A DNA stretch of 64,000 nt from an uncultured Dehalococcoidia bacterium (GTDB lineage Bacteria > Chloroflexota > Dehalococcoidia > Lucifugimonadales > UBA2985): the NCBI GenBank assembly GCA_964573055.1, contig CAZNIG010000007.1, positions 11,545 through 75,544 on the forward strand. Reading direction: 5' to 3'. The notes beneath the pieces are model-generated. The model did not search any database. It saw nothing but the letters and a program-made list of their open reading frames with translations, and had not been told where the DNA came from. The stretch's first letter is position 1; the number at the start of each line of letters is the position of its first letter. Below, one piece after another: positions 1-8,688 of the stretch. The translations under genes were made by a program, and so were the position numbers.

Positions 1-654
1 TTCAAGATAAGTCTTCGTACCATAGCAATCTCAGTTGGCCAAATCCGCCAAACATTCAAAAAGACCGAAGATTTTCCTGGCTTACGCCGATTCCTCGTTG
101 GACGAATTTTCTACGCGGACACGGTAAACACCCTGATTATATTCATGGGTATCTACGTAACAAACGAGCTTGGATTCACCGATGACCAAGTCTTTATTAT
201 ATTAGCTGCCTCGATAATAGCAGCAATAGCAGGGGCTCCAATATGGGGAATTATCGTAGACTCAATCGGGCCTAAGCGCTCCCTAAACCTAGTTTTATAC
301 CTCTGGATTATTGTACTTGCCGGAGTAGCAGCAATACCCTTGCTTAACCTGCCGAGCAACGCTATATGGCTGGTAGCTCCACTTTCAGGTGTTGCGCTAG
401 GTGGAACATGGTGTGCGGATCGCCCATACCTAATCCGCCTCGTACCACCTCAGTATATTGGTGAGTTTTTTGGTGTCTATAGCATGATTGGACGCTTCGC
501 AAGCGTCATTGGACCTATTTTGTGGGTTTTCGTAGCGGACACCCTTGGATTAGGTAGACCAGTAGCAGTGTTAAGTCTACTCGTTCTGGTAGTTATAGCT
601 TATTGGATATTAAGAGGAGTTGATGATGAGCGACGCCAATGGAGTTCTATCTGA
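1..654 (+). CDS. MFS transporter, C-terminal part (5'-truncated by window edge)
   Basis: Frame 1 is open from nt 1 (FKISLRTIAISVGQIRQTFKKTEDFPGLRRFLVGRIFYADTVN...) and runs into the listed 145..654 ORF. It has several hydrophobic helices and looks like a UMF1-like MFS C-terminal half. TGA stop at 652-654. Confidence 0.7.
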   Translation, partial: FKISLRTIAISVGQIRQTFKKTEDFPGLRRFLVGRIFYADTVNTLIIFMGIYVTNELGFTDDQVFIILAASIIAAIAGAPIWGIIVDSIGPKRSLNLVLYLWIIVLAGVAAIPLLNLPSNAIWLVAPLSGVALGGTWCADRPYLIRLVPPQYIGEFFGVYSMIGRFASVIGPILWVFVADTLGLGRPVAVLSLLVLVVIAYWILRGVDDERRQWSSI

Positions 655-733
655 TTCTCTGAGATTAAGCTCATCAAAGCTCAGATATACTGGCAATTGA
701 CCACCCCTTATCGAACTCGCACAAAACAAATCG

Positions 734-1303
734 TTAACCTGAAATGATCCTGATCCAGCCAGAAAAAGCCTGAAGATTCAACTCAACCTGTTCTCTAGCT
801 GCGTAATCAACCAGATTACCCGTCTCATCGAAGTTACTAAGGCCACCAGATATACCGACATCTCCTGAAGGCATAGGAACAGCCCTAGGATAAACAATCA
901 CATCCCTTACTTGGCGTCTGGCCAGTGCTCCGATGCCTCTCGGCCCACTGGCTATAGACATAATGGAAACAGGTTTATTTAGAAGAACGTTACCAGGAGG
1001 AGTGTTTCTGCGAGATGCCCAGTCAATCAAATTCTTCGTTACGGCCGGTATCCCCCAATTGTACTCAGGAGTGACGATCAATAATCCATCTGCGGATTCT
1101 ATTTCCTGCTTGAAATCAATTACTGACTGTGGCGGATCTTCATCCTCCATGTCTTGATCAAATAGAGGGATATCATGAATATCCAATTCATGAATCGACA
1201 TTCCAGCTGGCGCCAGAGATATGGCTGATCGAAGCAGAAGTCTATTAATAGACCCTTTTCTTAAACTACCGGCGAAAGCTACAACTTTATATGATTGAGC
1301 CAT
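734..1303 (-). CDS. NADPH-dependent FMN reductase family oxidoreductase
   Basis: KVVAFAGSLRKGSINRLLL...LLIVTPEYNWGIPAVTKNLIDWASR is typical of the FMN_red family. Start moved to ATG 1303 (MAQSYK) because GGAGGA lies 9 nt upstream. TAA stop. Confidence 0.85.
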   Translation of the reverse strand: MAQSYKVVAFAGSLRKGSINRLLLRSAISLAPAGMSIHELDIHDIPLFDQDMEDEDPPQSVIDFKQEIESADGLLIVTPEYNWGIPAVTKNLIDWASRRNTPPGNVLLNKPVSIMSIASGPRGIGALARRQVRDVIVYPRAVPMPSGDVGISGGLSNFDETGNLVDYAAREQVELNLQAFSGWIRIISG

Positions 1304-1413
1304 TAGCATCGTCCTCCAAGCACATGGACTCTTAACCGGCTTATAACCCAACGAAACCAGCACATATCGCCAACCTCAGGTAGCATATCTGTAAACCGAG
1401 CCGGGTACTACAA

Positions 1414-1451
1414 CTGGCAAGGCAGCATTTATCACTGCCTTGCCAGTTTTT
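1414..1451. terminator. Intrinsic-terminator-like hairpin between two minus-strand genes
   Basis: Perfect 12-bp stem CTGGCAAGGCAG/CTGCCTTGCCAG (1414-1425 / 1435-1446) with a 9-nt loop. On the + strand it is followed by TTTTT (1447-1451). On the - strand it is preceded by AAAAA and followed by TTGTAGT. Confidence 0.6.
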
Positions 1452-1477
1452 ACTAATCCTTCTATTTAACTAATCTA

Positions 1478-1945
1478 CTAAAGATTCTTAACTGCCGCTT
1501 TAATCTCGTCGAAATCAGGTTGTTCTGGAGGAGCAACCGCGGTGCTATACCGAACCACTCCGTCTTTGTCTAACAAGAACACAGCTCTCTTCGAGGTTGT
1601 GTAGCCTGGCATTCCAGCAAAATTCTCGACTGGTATTCCAAAATCTTCGATGGTCTTCCGACTGTAATCACTAAGAAATGGGAAGTTAAGCTCGTTCTCT
1701 TTCACAAATGCATTCTGAACAAAGAAAGAATCCACGCTTATCCCATAAACTTGTACACCTAGATCGTTATATTCGCTCATGGCGTCTCTGAATGTGCAGG
1801 CTTCCTGCTGGCAGCCACCAGTAAAAGCACCCGGAAAGAATACGAGTACTGCCGGAGTTCCTTTTAGGTCTGCTAATGTAACTGGCTGACGTTGGTTATT
1901 AATTAATGTCAGCTCTGGTGCCTCGTGACCTACTTCTGCTGGCAT
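1478..1945 (-). CDS. Peroxiredoxin (AhpC/TSA, redoxin family)
   Basis: MPAEVGHEAPELTL...VLVFFPGAFTGGCQQEAC...AVFLLDKDGVVRY shows a Prx fold with its peroxidatic Cys. Start set at ATG 1945 with GGAGG upstream. TAG stop. Confidence 0.85.
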   Translation of the reverse strand: MPAEVGHEAPELTLINNQRQPVTLADLKGTPAVLVFFPGAFTGGCQQEACTFRDAMSEYNDLGVQVYGISVDSFFVQNAFVKENELNFPFLSDYSRKTIEDFGIPVENFAGMPGYTTSKRAVFLLDKDGVVRYSTAVAPPEQPDFDEIKAAVKNL

Positions 1946-2153
1946 ATTGCCTCCTCTCAGTTCACCCAATTTTCGTTATAGTACCACCCCGAGGACACCA
2001 CCGTAAATCCGAGAATCAAAGTGGCATTTTGTTTAAACAGCCAGGCCTTAACAAGTGATAAGCTATCACTACAAAAAAATTGTAAGATTCAACGCTAGCT
2101 ATTCTTGGAAAGTATTCCACCAGCGATGGCAAACTACAAGAGAAGGTGAAATA

Positions 2154-2351
2154 ATGACGACCCTACACAGTACCTCCAGAAATACCAAGACCATAGAGAT
2201 TGAGAGCACTTCAAGAGAAGACACACCTTTCCGACTGGTTCTAACTCTTAAGAAACTCGGAGTAATTACTATGCTGGATTATTTCTTAAGCGAAGAAGAG
2301 GCCACTCAGATTTCAGCTATACTTAACATCAAGACTGTCACCCAACCTTAG
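2154..2351 (+). CDS. Hypothetical protein (65 aa)
   Basis: Internal ATG of the 2055..2351 ORF, preceded by AAGGTGA. No recognisable motif. Sits 16 nt upstream of the next ORF. Confidence 0.35.
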   Translation: MTTLHSTSRNTKTIEIESTSREDTPFRLVLTLKKLGVITMLDYFLSEEEATQISAILNIKTVTQP

Positions 2352-2367
2352 AACTGAGGTATTAACG

Positions 2368-2952
2368 TTGTTCTGGACCCAAATAACCGTACCTGGCAGC
2401 CCAAAACTTCTAGTAATAGATATCCAATCTGGCCATACCAGACCCGATGAAAATCTCTGTGACAAAATCTTCAATGTTCTGTCCAGAAAAGGGGTCCAAC
2501 TATCAAGTAAAGAACCCTCCCGTGTTTCAGAGCCAGATCAACTAGCTGAAACTATAAATACTAACTTGGATTTCAATTCTATACTGCTCGTTTGCGAATC
2601 CGACCCCCAAGACACACACCTCACGTATACTCCCAAAGACTACTGGAATTGGCTCTCTGCCTGCCGTGGTCTTCCGGAAGTCCTACTGGCAATATGCACG
2701 CCCAATGCTTATGACGAACAAATGAGCAATGCCGTTCTAGCTGGACAGGAGAGTTTCGCTCAAATAGCCGTCGCCCCCAAGTCAATTTTGAATGTACGAG
2801 CCTCAGGATTGTTTTACATGAAATTCTTCACAGAACTTGATCTGCACGCGCATGACTCTATCACTGGGAAAATGGTGTGGTTTTCTCACTCAAAAGCCAG
2901 AGAAATTCTGAGAAGGAGAAAACTAGAAGGACAAGTTGGAATAAGGTGCTAG
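2368..2952 (+). CDS. Hypothetical protein (194 aa)
   Basis: TTG start with GAGGT 8 nt upstream. No family recognised by eye. Cys/His-containing segments (IQSGHT, LLVCESD, LAICTPN). Confidence 0.5.
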   Translation: MFWTQITVPGSPKLLVIDIQSGHTRPDENLCDKIFNVLSRKGVQLSSKEPSRVSEPDQLAETINTNLDFNSILLVCESDPQDTHLTYTPKDYWNWLSACRGLPEVLLAICTPNAYDEQMSNAVLAGQESFAQIAVAPKSILNVRASGLFYMKFFTELDLHAHDSITGKMVWFSHSKAREILRRRKLEGQVGIRC

Positions 2953-3234
2953 CCGAATAGCCGTTTCTAATGTTCGACATTTCAACCATCTTGAAAAACC
3001 CAAATGCGACTGACCTCTTCAGTGACAGCGCCGTAGTTACTTTTCGTAGTTAATGACAATAGACAGCGATCCTCAGGTCAGATAAACTATGTTGGCCTGA
3101 TACGATACGGATTGCCACACACAAAAGGCCGGTCAGGCCTGCAAAAGTAGAAATCCAAATTCTATATTGATGCGGGGCTTGAATATTTAATATATTCGCC
3201 ACCAGACCAAATCAAATCAGGGGAAGAGGTGAAC

Positions 3235-3423
3235 ATGCTTTGCCCAGTCTGTAATGAAGACCACACAACAAGGCCGCGCCAATGCTTACAGGAAGCAATG
3301 CTTAACCACGTCGGGAGATGCGGCATAGGCACCGATCATCTAGCAGATTGCCTACTAAAACAACTCAATGAGTACGTTGACGCGCACCCTCTATTTGGTC
3401 GTGGTAACAAACCACAATCATGA
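3235..3423 (+). CDS. Small Cys-rich hypothetical protein (62 aa)
   Basis: ATG 3235 preceded by GGGGAAGAGG. N-terminal CPVC motif plus three further Cys. No family recognised. Confidence 0.3.
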   Translation: MLCPVCNEDHTTRPRQCLQEAMLNHVGRCGIGTDHLADCLLKQLNEYVDAHPLFGRGNKPQS

Positions 3424-3461
3424 ATATGACCGCTTTGAATGCTGGACAACATTAAAGCGTA

Positions 3462-4457
3462 TCAGCTACTTATAGCTTGTTCCAGAAACTCCAGCCTTTC
3501 GTCTAGCGACCCTTGAGGGACATCTAGTATCTGGATGTCAGCTCCAGCAAGTGCTCTCTGCTTTAGCTGATGACGCGCCTCGGACCAGTCCCCTATTACT
3601 TGGACAGAACGTATCATCCTTTCAGATATCGCATTGACAGCCCCATCAAGGTTTCTATCGGCCCAGGCGGACCTAGAGGCAGAAACTTCATCTTCGAATC
3701 CGTTTCTTTCCAACATTTCCCAGTAGAATTTACCCATTCTGTTTATGTAGTGATGTAAGGGTTGCCTAGCGCTTTTCCATTTTAGGTCGTCTCCATTACC
3801 ACTTAGAATCGTCACTTTGGTTCTTGGGGCAATGGTCAGATCCAAATTTTCTCGAGAAGCGGAGGCTGCTCCCTCTTTTAGTTGATTTCTGAGTTCAGAG
3901 AATTTCTCTATTGGCCAGTGTATAGGATATATCCCATCTGCTATTTCTCCTGTTTGGCGAATAGAAAGTGGAGTAATGGCCGCAATAAAAACCGGAACAT
4001 GGTTCCTAGGACGTTCATAGTTAAGCTCAAAGCCACGCTCCATTTGGAATATTTTCCCTTGATAATGTAACTTATCCCCATGTATGAGCATATTGAATAT
4101 CTTCACATATTCTCTGAGGCGTCTTAAAGGCATTGAGTACGGATAACCGTGAAAATGTTCGATAACATTGACAGCAGATGTACCTAGCCCTAGTACCATC
4201 CTCCCACCAGAGAGCACTTCCAATGTAGCGAATTCCTGGGCTATCGCCGACGGACTCCGAGAATAGCAGTTCAATATCGAAGGAGCTATATTGATTTTAG
4301 ATGTGTTCACTGCAATCGCTGCAAGCCATGGGATAACCGATGGACCCCACGCCTCTCCATCTATGACCAATTCATATCCTAGCTCTTCGGCTCTTTTTAC
4401 AATTTCAATAGATTCTCTCCAATTGTTGCCCATTCCCAGACTCAAGCCAAGTTTCAT
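3462..4457 (-). CDS. LLM-class (luciferase-like) flavin/F420-dependent oxidoreductase
   Basis: MKLGLSLGMGNNWRESIEIVKRAEELGYELV...LSGGRMVLGLGTS is the typical luciferase-like monooxygenase N-terminus and core. GGAGG precedes ATG 4457. TGA stop. Confidence 0.85.
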   Translation of the reverse strand: MKLGLSLGMGNNWRESIEIVKRAEELGYELVIDGEAWGPSVIPWLAAIAVNTSKINIAPSILNCYSRSPSAIAQEFATLEVLSGGRMVLGLGTSAVNVIEHFHGYPYSMPLRRLREYVKIFNMLIHGDKLHYQGKIFQMERGFELNYERPRNHVPVFIAAITPLSIRQTGEIADGIYPIHWPIEKFSELRNQLKEGAASASRENLDLTIAPRTKVTILSGNGDDLKWKSARQPLHHYINRMGKFYWEMLERNGFEDEVSASRSAWADRNLDGAVNAISERMIRSVQVIGDWSEARHQLKQRALAGADIQILDVPQGSLDERLEFLEQAISS

Positions 4458-4931
4458 TGACTAAACCTCCTTGCCATTCGTAAACATGATCGCAGTAATA
4501 ACCCGCATATTCGATATCTCAAACTTAAGGTCACATCGAGCATTCTAGCCTTGATCGTTTATAAAATCCATTATGGTATATCTACCTGCAGCTAGATATA
4601 CCAGTGTACAATCGGTTGGTCATCGTGTTTTCCGATTAATCAAAGGCGCTAAGCCTGTAATCGAAATTTCCTCTTGGCAGAATCGGCCAGTATACGCTAT
4701 TATTGACGGCGTATCTTGGCCTGCAAGACCAGTACATGAGTCCCCGAATAGCAGATTAAGGCATAAATCTCTTGGCTCTATGAAACAAACGATCCCAGAT
4801 GATTGTAACCGCAAGGACTAAGCGAGGAAGTCGGCGCACATCCAGCTAGGACCACAAGAGACCATGTGTTGGTCATAGCCTAGACAGTTTCAGGGACAGT
4901 GGACTCTACCCAAGGTACACGAAAAACCCTA

Positions 4932-5007
4932 GCCCCTGTAGCTCAGTCGGACAGAGCAGCGGTTTCCTAAACCGCAGGCCCCGGTTCGAGTCCGGGCAGG
5001 GGTACCA
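4932..5007 (+). tRNA. tRNA-Arg (anticodon CCT)
   Basis: Cloverleaf folded by hand. Acceptor GCCCCTG/CAGGGGT, anticodon arm GCGGT-TTCCTAA-ACCGC, T arm CCCGG-TTCGAGT-CCGGG, encoded CCA. 76 nt. Confidence 0.9.
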
Positions 5008-5071
5008 CAAAGCATCGCAAGATACAACGGGTTGAGTATTCTAACGTAGTACGGGATACTAGTACAAACGG

Positions 5072-5148
5072 AGGAGTGTAGCTCAGTTGGCTAGAGCAGC
5101 GGGCTCCAAAACCGCAGGCCGGGGGTTCGAGTCCTCCCACTCCTGCCA
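5072..5148 (+). tRNA. tRNA-Trp (anticodon CCA)
   Basis: Acceptor AGGAGTG/CACTCCT, D arm GCTC-AGTTGGCTA-GAGC, anticodon arm GCGGG-CTCCAAA-ACCGC (G31-A39 mismatch), T loop TTCGAGT, discriminator G, encoded CCA. Confidence 0.9.
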
Positions 5149-5191
5149 TAAATACTGTACAAGACTGAGATAGGAAAACAGGAATAGATAT

Positions 5192-5278
5192 GCCGAGGTG
5201 GTGGAATCGGTAGACACGCTGTCTTGAGGGGGCAGTGGGCGTAAGCTCGTAGGAGTTCAAATCTCCTCCTCGGCACCA
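5192..5278 (+). tRNA. tRNA-Leu (anticodon GAG)
   Basis: Acceptor GCCGAGG/CCTCGGC, anticodon loop TTGAGGG, long variable arm, T arm AGGAG-TTCAAAT-CTCCT, encoded CCA. 87 nt. Confidence 0.9.
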
Positions 5279-5302
5279 TAAATGTGATAATATAGTCGGC
5301 GT

Positions 5303-5378
5303 GGCGACGTAGCCAAGTGGTTAAGGCGGAGCTCTGCAAAAGCTCTATTCGGCGGTTCGAATCCGCCCGTCGCCTCCA
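5303..5378 (+). tRNA. tRNA-Cys (anticodon GCA)
   Basis: Acceptor GGCGACG/CGTCGCC, anticodon arm GAGCT-CTGCAAA-AGCTC, T arm GGCGG-TTCGAAT-CCGCC, discriminator T, encoded CCA. Confidence 0.9.
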
Positions 5379-5447
5379 TCCTACCCCCCAAGAGTAAGTA
5401 GTGGAGCGGACCTATATACCGCCTCACCATACTCAAAGTTTCCATGA

Positions 5448-5533
5448 GCCCAGGTGGCGGAAAGGTAGACGCGGCGGACTTAAAATCCGCTGCCAGCAAT
5501 GGCGTGGGGGTTCGATTCCCTCCCTGGGCACCA
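5448..5533 (+). tRNA. tRNA-Leu (anticodon TAA)
   Basis: Acceptor GCCCAGG/CCTGGGC, anticodon arm GCGGA-CTTAAAA-TCCGC, long variable arm, T loop TTCGATT, encoded CCA. 86 nt. Confidence 0.9.
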
Positions 5534-5607
5534 AACTTTCTAACGCACCTTAGGTCTGATATAGTGATAATCCTGAAATGCATATTAAGCTGCGTTAATG
5601 ATGATTT

Positions 5608-5835
5608 ATGACCCACTATGTAGAAATCTCATACATAACCTCTAATTTCCCAGAGGAAACGAATAGCGATATCAAAGCCCTAGCACAAAAATATCAGGGA
5701 ATACAAACCGATAAGATTTATTTTAGTGAAAAGCTTAAGCTTGAATACCTGTTCCAGCACTTCGAACAAGTATCCTGGTTTACAGCCGACATACAGAGAT
5801 ACTATCCAGAAGTATCTCTGGGAACGCTATCCTAA
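5608..5835 (+). CDS. Hypothetical protein (75 aa)
   Basis: ORF only. No clear RBS and no recognised motif. The composition is protein-like. Confidence 0.3.
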   Translation: MTHYVEISYITSNFPEETNSDIKALAQKYQGIQTDKIYFSEKLKLEYLFQHFEQVSWFTADIQRYYPEVSLGTLS

Positions 5836-5890
5836 ATGATAAGTACAAAAACTGTACTAATGACCATTGGATAACCACCTCTTAGAACTA

Positions 5891-6535
5891 TCATAGTGCC
5901 TTATAAACATACACACGAACATGAGCATCAGGCTCTCCCTTAGGTAGAGACTGAAAATCCTCTGTAACCAGCACCTGTTCCCAGTATTTCAAGGCCTCTA
6001 AAGTAGACTGCTTTTCCTTGAAACCCTCATCTTCGTAAACATCCGGACGTATGGTAAAGAATATATATCCGCCAGGCTTAGTTATTCTGATAAATTCATC
6101 TAGAGATTCTGCAGGAGCGTGACCAAGGGTGAAAGCACCAACGCATACCACGCTGTCGAAAAAATCCGTTTCAAAAGATAGAGGCTTACCAAGAATCATT
6201 TTAAGGACATCTCGGTAAACACCCTTATTACGTGCTTCTTCAAGCATGCCTTCGGACAGGTCAATAGCCATAAGATCAGTAAAACCTAGCGCGTACAAGG
6301 ACTGACCCACCAATCCGGTACCTGCTCCTGCATCTAGTATTTGCACTGCTTTTCCAGGCAGCCAGTTAGCGACTATCTCAGAAACTCTATCTGGCAAGGT
6401 GTATCCAAAATGTTCATTAATATCTTCATCATATAACCCCGCCCACTGATCGTACCGCTTTTCCAATTCACTATCATCGCCTCCAGATGAATAAACCCAC
6501 TTAACGCGATTCCATCTATCTTCCAGCATAGCCAC
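5891..6535 (-). CDS. Class I SAM-dependent methyltransferase
   Basis: SAM-binding motif I ILDAGAGTGLVG, then acidic residue and motif II (FDSVVCVGAF). GAGGTGG precedes the ATG. TGA stop. Confidence 0.8.
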   Translation of the reverse strand: MAMLEDRWNRVKWVYSSGGDDSELEKRYDQWAGLYDEDINEHFGYTLPDRVSEIVANWLPGKAVQILDAGAGTGLVGQSLYALGFTDLMAIDLSEGMLEEARNKGVYRDVLKMILGKPLSFETDFFDSVVCVGAFTLGHAPAESLDEFIRITKPGGYIFFTIRPDVYEDEGFKEKQSTLEALKYWEQVLVTEDFQSLPKGEPDAHVRVYVYKAL

Positions 6536-6618
6536 CTCATTTCCAACAACGATACCAATTTGAAGCCTGCTTTAGTAAATTAAAAAACACTCAACCATAT
6601 TATTTACCATGATTGGTT

Positions 6619-6646
6619 TTGACATATACCGATTGTATGTTAGTAT
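6619..6646 (+). promoter_or_regulatory. Sigma-70-like promoter candidate for the DUF4395 gene
   Basis: TTGACA (6619-6624), 16-nt spacer, TAGTAT (6641-6646), about 60 nt upstream of ATG 6708. Confidence 0.25.
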
Positions 6647-6707
6647 GATCCACCAGAATCACAATATACTCGGAGTAAGCTGAATAGACGGACCAACCAT
6701 AGAGATT

Positions 6708-7199
6708 ATGGAAAAACTACGCAACATAATATCGTTTCCACACCCTGTGAATGAAATAGCCGCCAGATGGGTGGCCTTCATGGTATTCTCGCTGTCAATA
6801 GCGATAGTAGTGAGCGATTTGTACTGGATGATCTGGGTTCTGGCTTATGGATTCTTGGCCAGAGTCTTAACCGGCCCCAAACTAAGCCCAATGGGTTTAT
6901 TAGCCACCCGTGTTATAGTACCCAAACTCGGCAACAAGAGGAAAATGGTAGCTGGCCCTCCCAAGCGATTTGCCCAAACAATTGGATTGGTATTCTCCAT
7001 TACCGCTTTGGTTTTGGTCTACGGGGCTGGTATGGCATCGACAGCGGAGGCGGTACTGATCGTGCTAACCGTATTCGCTGCCATGGAATCTTTCGCCGGG
7101 TTTTGTGCAGGATGTTTTGTATTCGGCATATTGATGAAAATAGGATTAATACCCGAAGAAACCTGCCTAAAATGCGCAGACATCTGGGCAACAGACTAG
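6708..7199 (+). CDS. DUF4395 family membrane protein
   Basis: Four hydrophobic helices plus the family-typical ...ESFAGFCAGCFVF... segment and a C-terminal CLKC. TAG stop. Confidence 0.7.
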   Translation: MEKLRNIISFPHPVNEIAARWVAFMVFSLSIAIVVSDLYWMIWVLAYGFLARVLTGPKLSPMGLLATRVIVPKLGNKRKMVAGPPKRFAQTIGLVFSITALVLVYGAGMASTAEAVLIVLTVFAAMESFAGFCAGCFVFGILMKIGLIPEETCLKCADIWATD

Positions 7200-7419
7200 T
7201 AATTCATTCCACCCATCTAACTTCAGCCATTTAGATAAGGTTTAGTCCTTCTCAGATAGCCAGACCACGGCACACTACCTAATGCGATGCGGGAACCCTC
7301 AGCCTCTACCCGTACGACCACGACGAACAGTCTTCTAAGACACCGAAACATCTGTTAATTCTAGTGTCCAAAGCTAGTCAACAGCCCTATTAATCGCCTA
7401 ATATTATATGGAGGTTACA

Positions 7420-8643
7420 ATGGAAATTATTGCTATCGCCCTAGCAATCGTAGTCGTATTACTTACGTCTCTTCTGATACTGAATAGAAAACCAGCTTCA
7501 GACGGCTCCTTAAGTCAAGCTGCCAAATCAGATTTTCAAAAGGTGGTGCAAGATTCGCTTTCGCAAACATCAGAGGGATTCCTGAGACTAGCAGAAGAGC
7601 GGTATGCAAGACTCTCGGATAGCGGCACCAAGGATCTTGAAGGAAAAAAAGAGCTTATAGACCAGCAGCTCGCCACCATGAAATCGGAACTCTTAAAGGT
7701 CTCAGATTTAGTACAACAGTTTGAGAAAGACAGAGAGGCAAAATTTGGACAGCTCACCTCCCTGATCAAATTCCACAGCGAGCAAACTGCGACTCTAAAT
7801 TCAACCGCCTCATCCCTAAAAGAGGTTCTATCCAATTCACGGGCAAGAGGACAGTGGGGGGAACGGATGGTCGACGATGTCTTGCGAACTGTTGGATTTA
7901 GGGAACACATAAATTACGAGAAGAACAAGACTATAGATGGACCAAACACGCGACCAGATTTCATATTCACTCTTCCAGACGGGCTAAAGCTGAACATGGA
8001 CGTTAAATTCCCCTTAGATAACTATCAGAGCTTTATAGAAGTAGACTCTGAGATAGAGAAGATAAAACACCGTACAGCATTCATAAGTGACGTTAAGAGC
8101 AGAATAAGAGAAGTAACCACCCGAGAATACATAGATCCGGAACAAGGTACACTTGACTATATGTTACTGTTTATCCCAATGGAGAGTATTTACGCTTTCA
8201 TACACGAAGAGGACCCAAGCCTAATAGATTTCAGCATGCAAAACAGAGTTGTTATGTGTTCCCCTCTTAGCCTCTTCGCTATACTATCCATGATACGTCA
8301 GGCTGCTGACAACTTCGCCCTTCAAAGAAGCTCTGAACAGGTCATATCCTTATTCGGACGGTTCACAGAGGAGTGGAGGAAATTTAACGGTTCTATTGCC
8401 ACGTTGGGCAAGCAAATGGAAACTACGCGGAAAACTTTTGAGCAGATGTCCACAACAAGAGTCCGCGCACTAGAGCGCCCTCTAAAACAGATAGAGGCCA
8501 TCCGCCAAGAACGCGGGATAAAATCCGCAGACCGTACAGAAATCCTACCAGTCCTCTTCGCTTCATCCGAAGAGGACAATAGCTCGACATTTTCGGACAT
8601 AGATCTAGACCAGGAAGACGAAACAGAAGAGGCCAGACCTTAA
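7420..8643 (+). CDS. rmuC: DNA recombination protein RmuC
   Basis: N-terminal TM, coiled coil, then RGQWGERMVDDVLRTVGF...RPDFIFTLPDGLKLNMDVKFPLDNY, typical of RmuC. The second ATG (7420) has GGAGG 7 nt upstream. The ORF is open from 7408. Confidence 0.85.
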   Translation: MEIIAIALAIVVVLLTSLLILNRKPASDGSLSQAAKSDFQKVVQDSLSQTSEGFLRLAEERYARLSDSGTKDLEGKKELIDQQLATMKSELLKVSDLVQQFEKDREAKFGQLTSLIKFHSEQTATLNSTASSLKEVLSNSRARGQWGERMVDDVLRTVGFREHINYEKNKTIDGPNTRPDFIFTLPDGLKLNMDVKFPLDNYQSFIEVDSEIEKIKHRTAFISDVKSRIREVTTREYIDPEQGTLDYMLLFIPMESIYAFIHEEDPSLIDFSMQNRVVMCSPLSLFAILSMIRQAADNFALQRSSEQVISLFGRFTEEWRKFNGSIATLGKQMETTRKTFEQMSTTRVRALERPLKQIEAIRQERGIKSADRTEILPVLFASSEEDNSSTFSDIDLDQEDETEEARP

Positions 8644-8688
8644 GTCCGCCCAATATTCTATACATCCCCGCGATAGGAATCTACTTCA

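Noticed and set aside
4560-4930. RNase P RNA, tmRNA or SRP RNA in the hairpin-rich gap upstream of the tRNA cluster
   Set aside because: GAGGAAGTCGG at about 4824 superficially resembles the RNase P CR-I motif GAGGAAAGUCCGG. However, it lies only about 100 nt before the tRNA. There is no GGUAAGAGCGCACC-like CR-II/III motif, no tRNA-like T-arm or CCA end and tag ORF for tmRNA, and no GGAAGCAGCC SRP domain IV motif on either strand.
4967-5616. Three minus-strand ORFs (4967..5260, 5091..5339, 5257..5616) of 82-119 aa
   Set aside because: They run antisense across five well-folded tRNA genes. Their translations are low-complexity Pro/Gly/Arg-rich read-through of tRNA stems, so they are spurious.
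6767-7234. 155-aa alternative-frame ORF overlapping the DUF4395 gene, and 25482..25922 inside the MFS gene
   Set aside because: Both are same-strand overlaps with ORFs that have clear membrane-protein character. Their alternative-frame translations are Arg/Gly-rich and lack motifs or RBSs.
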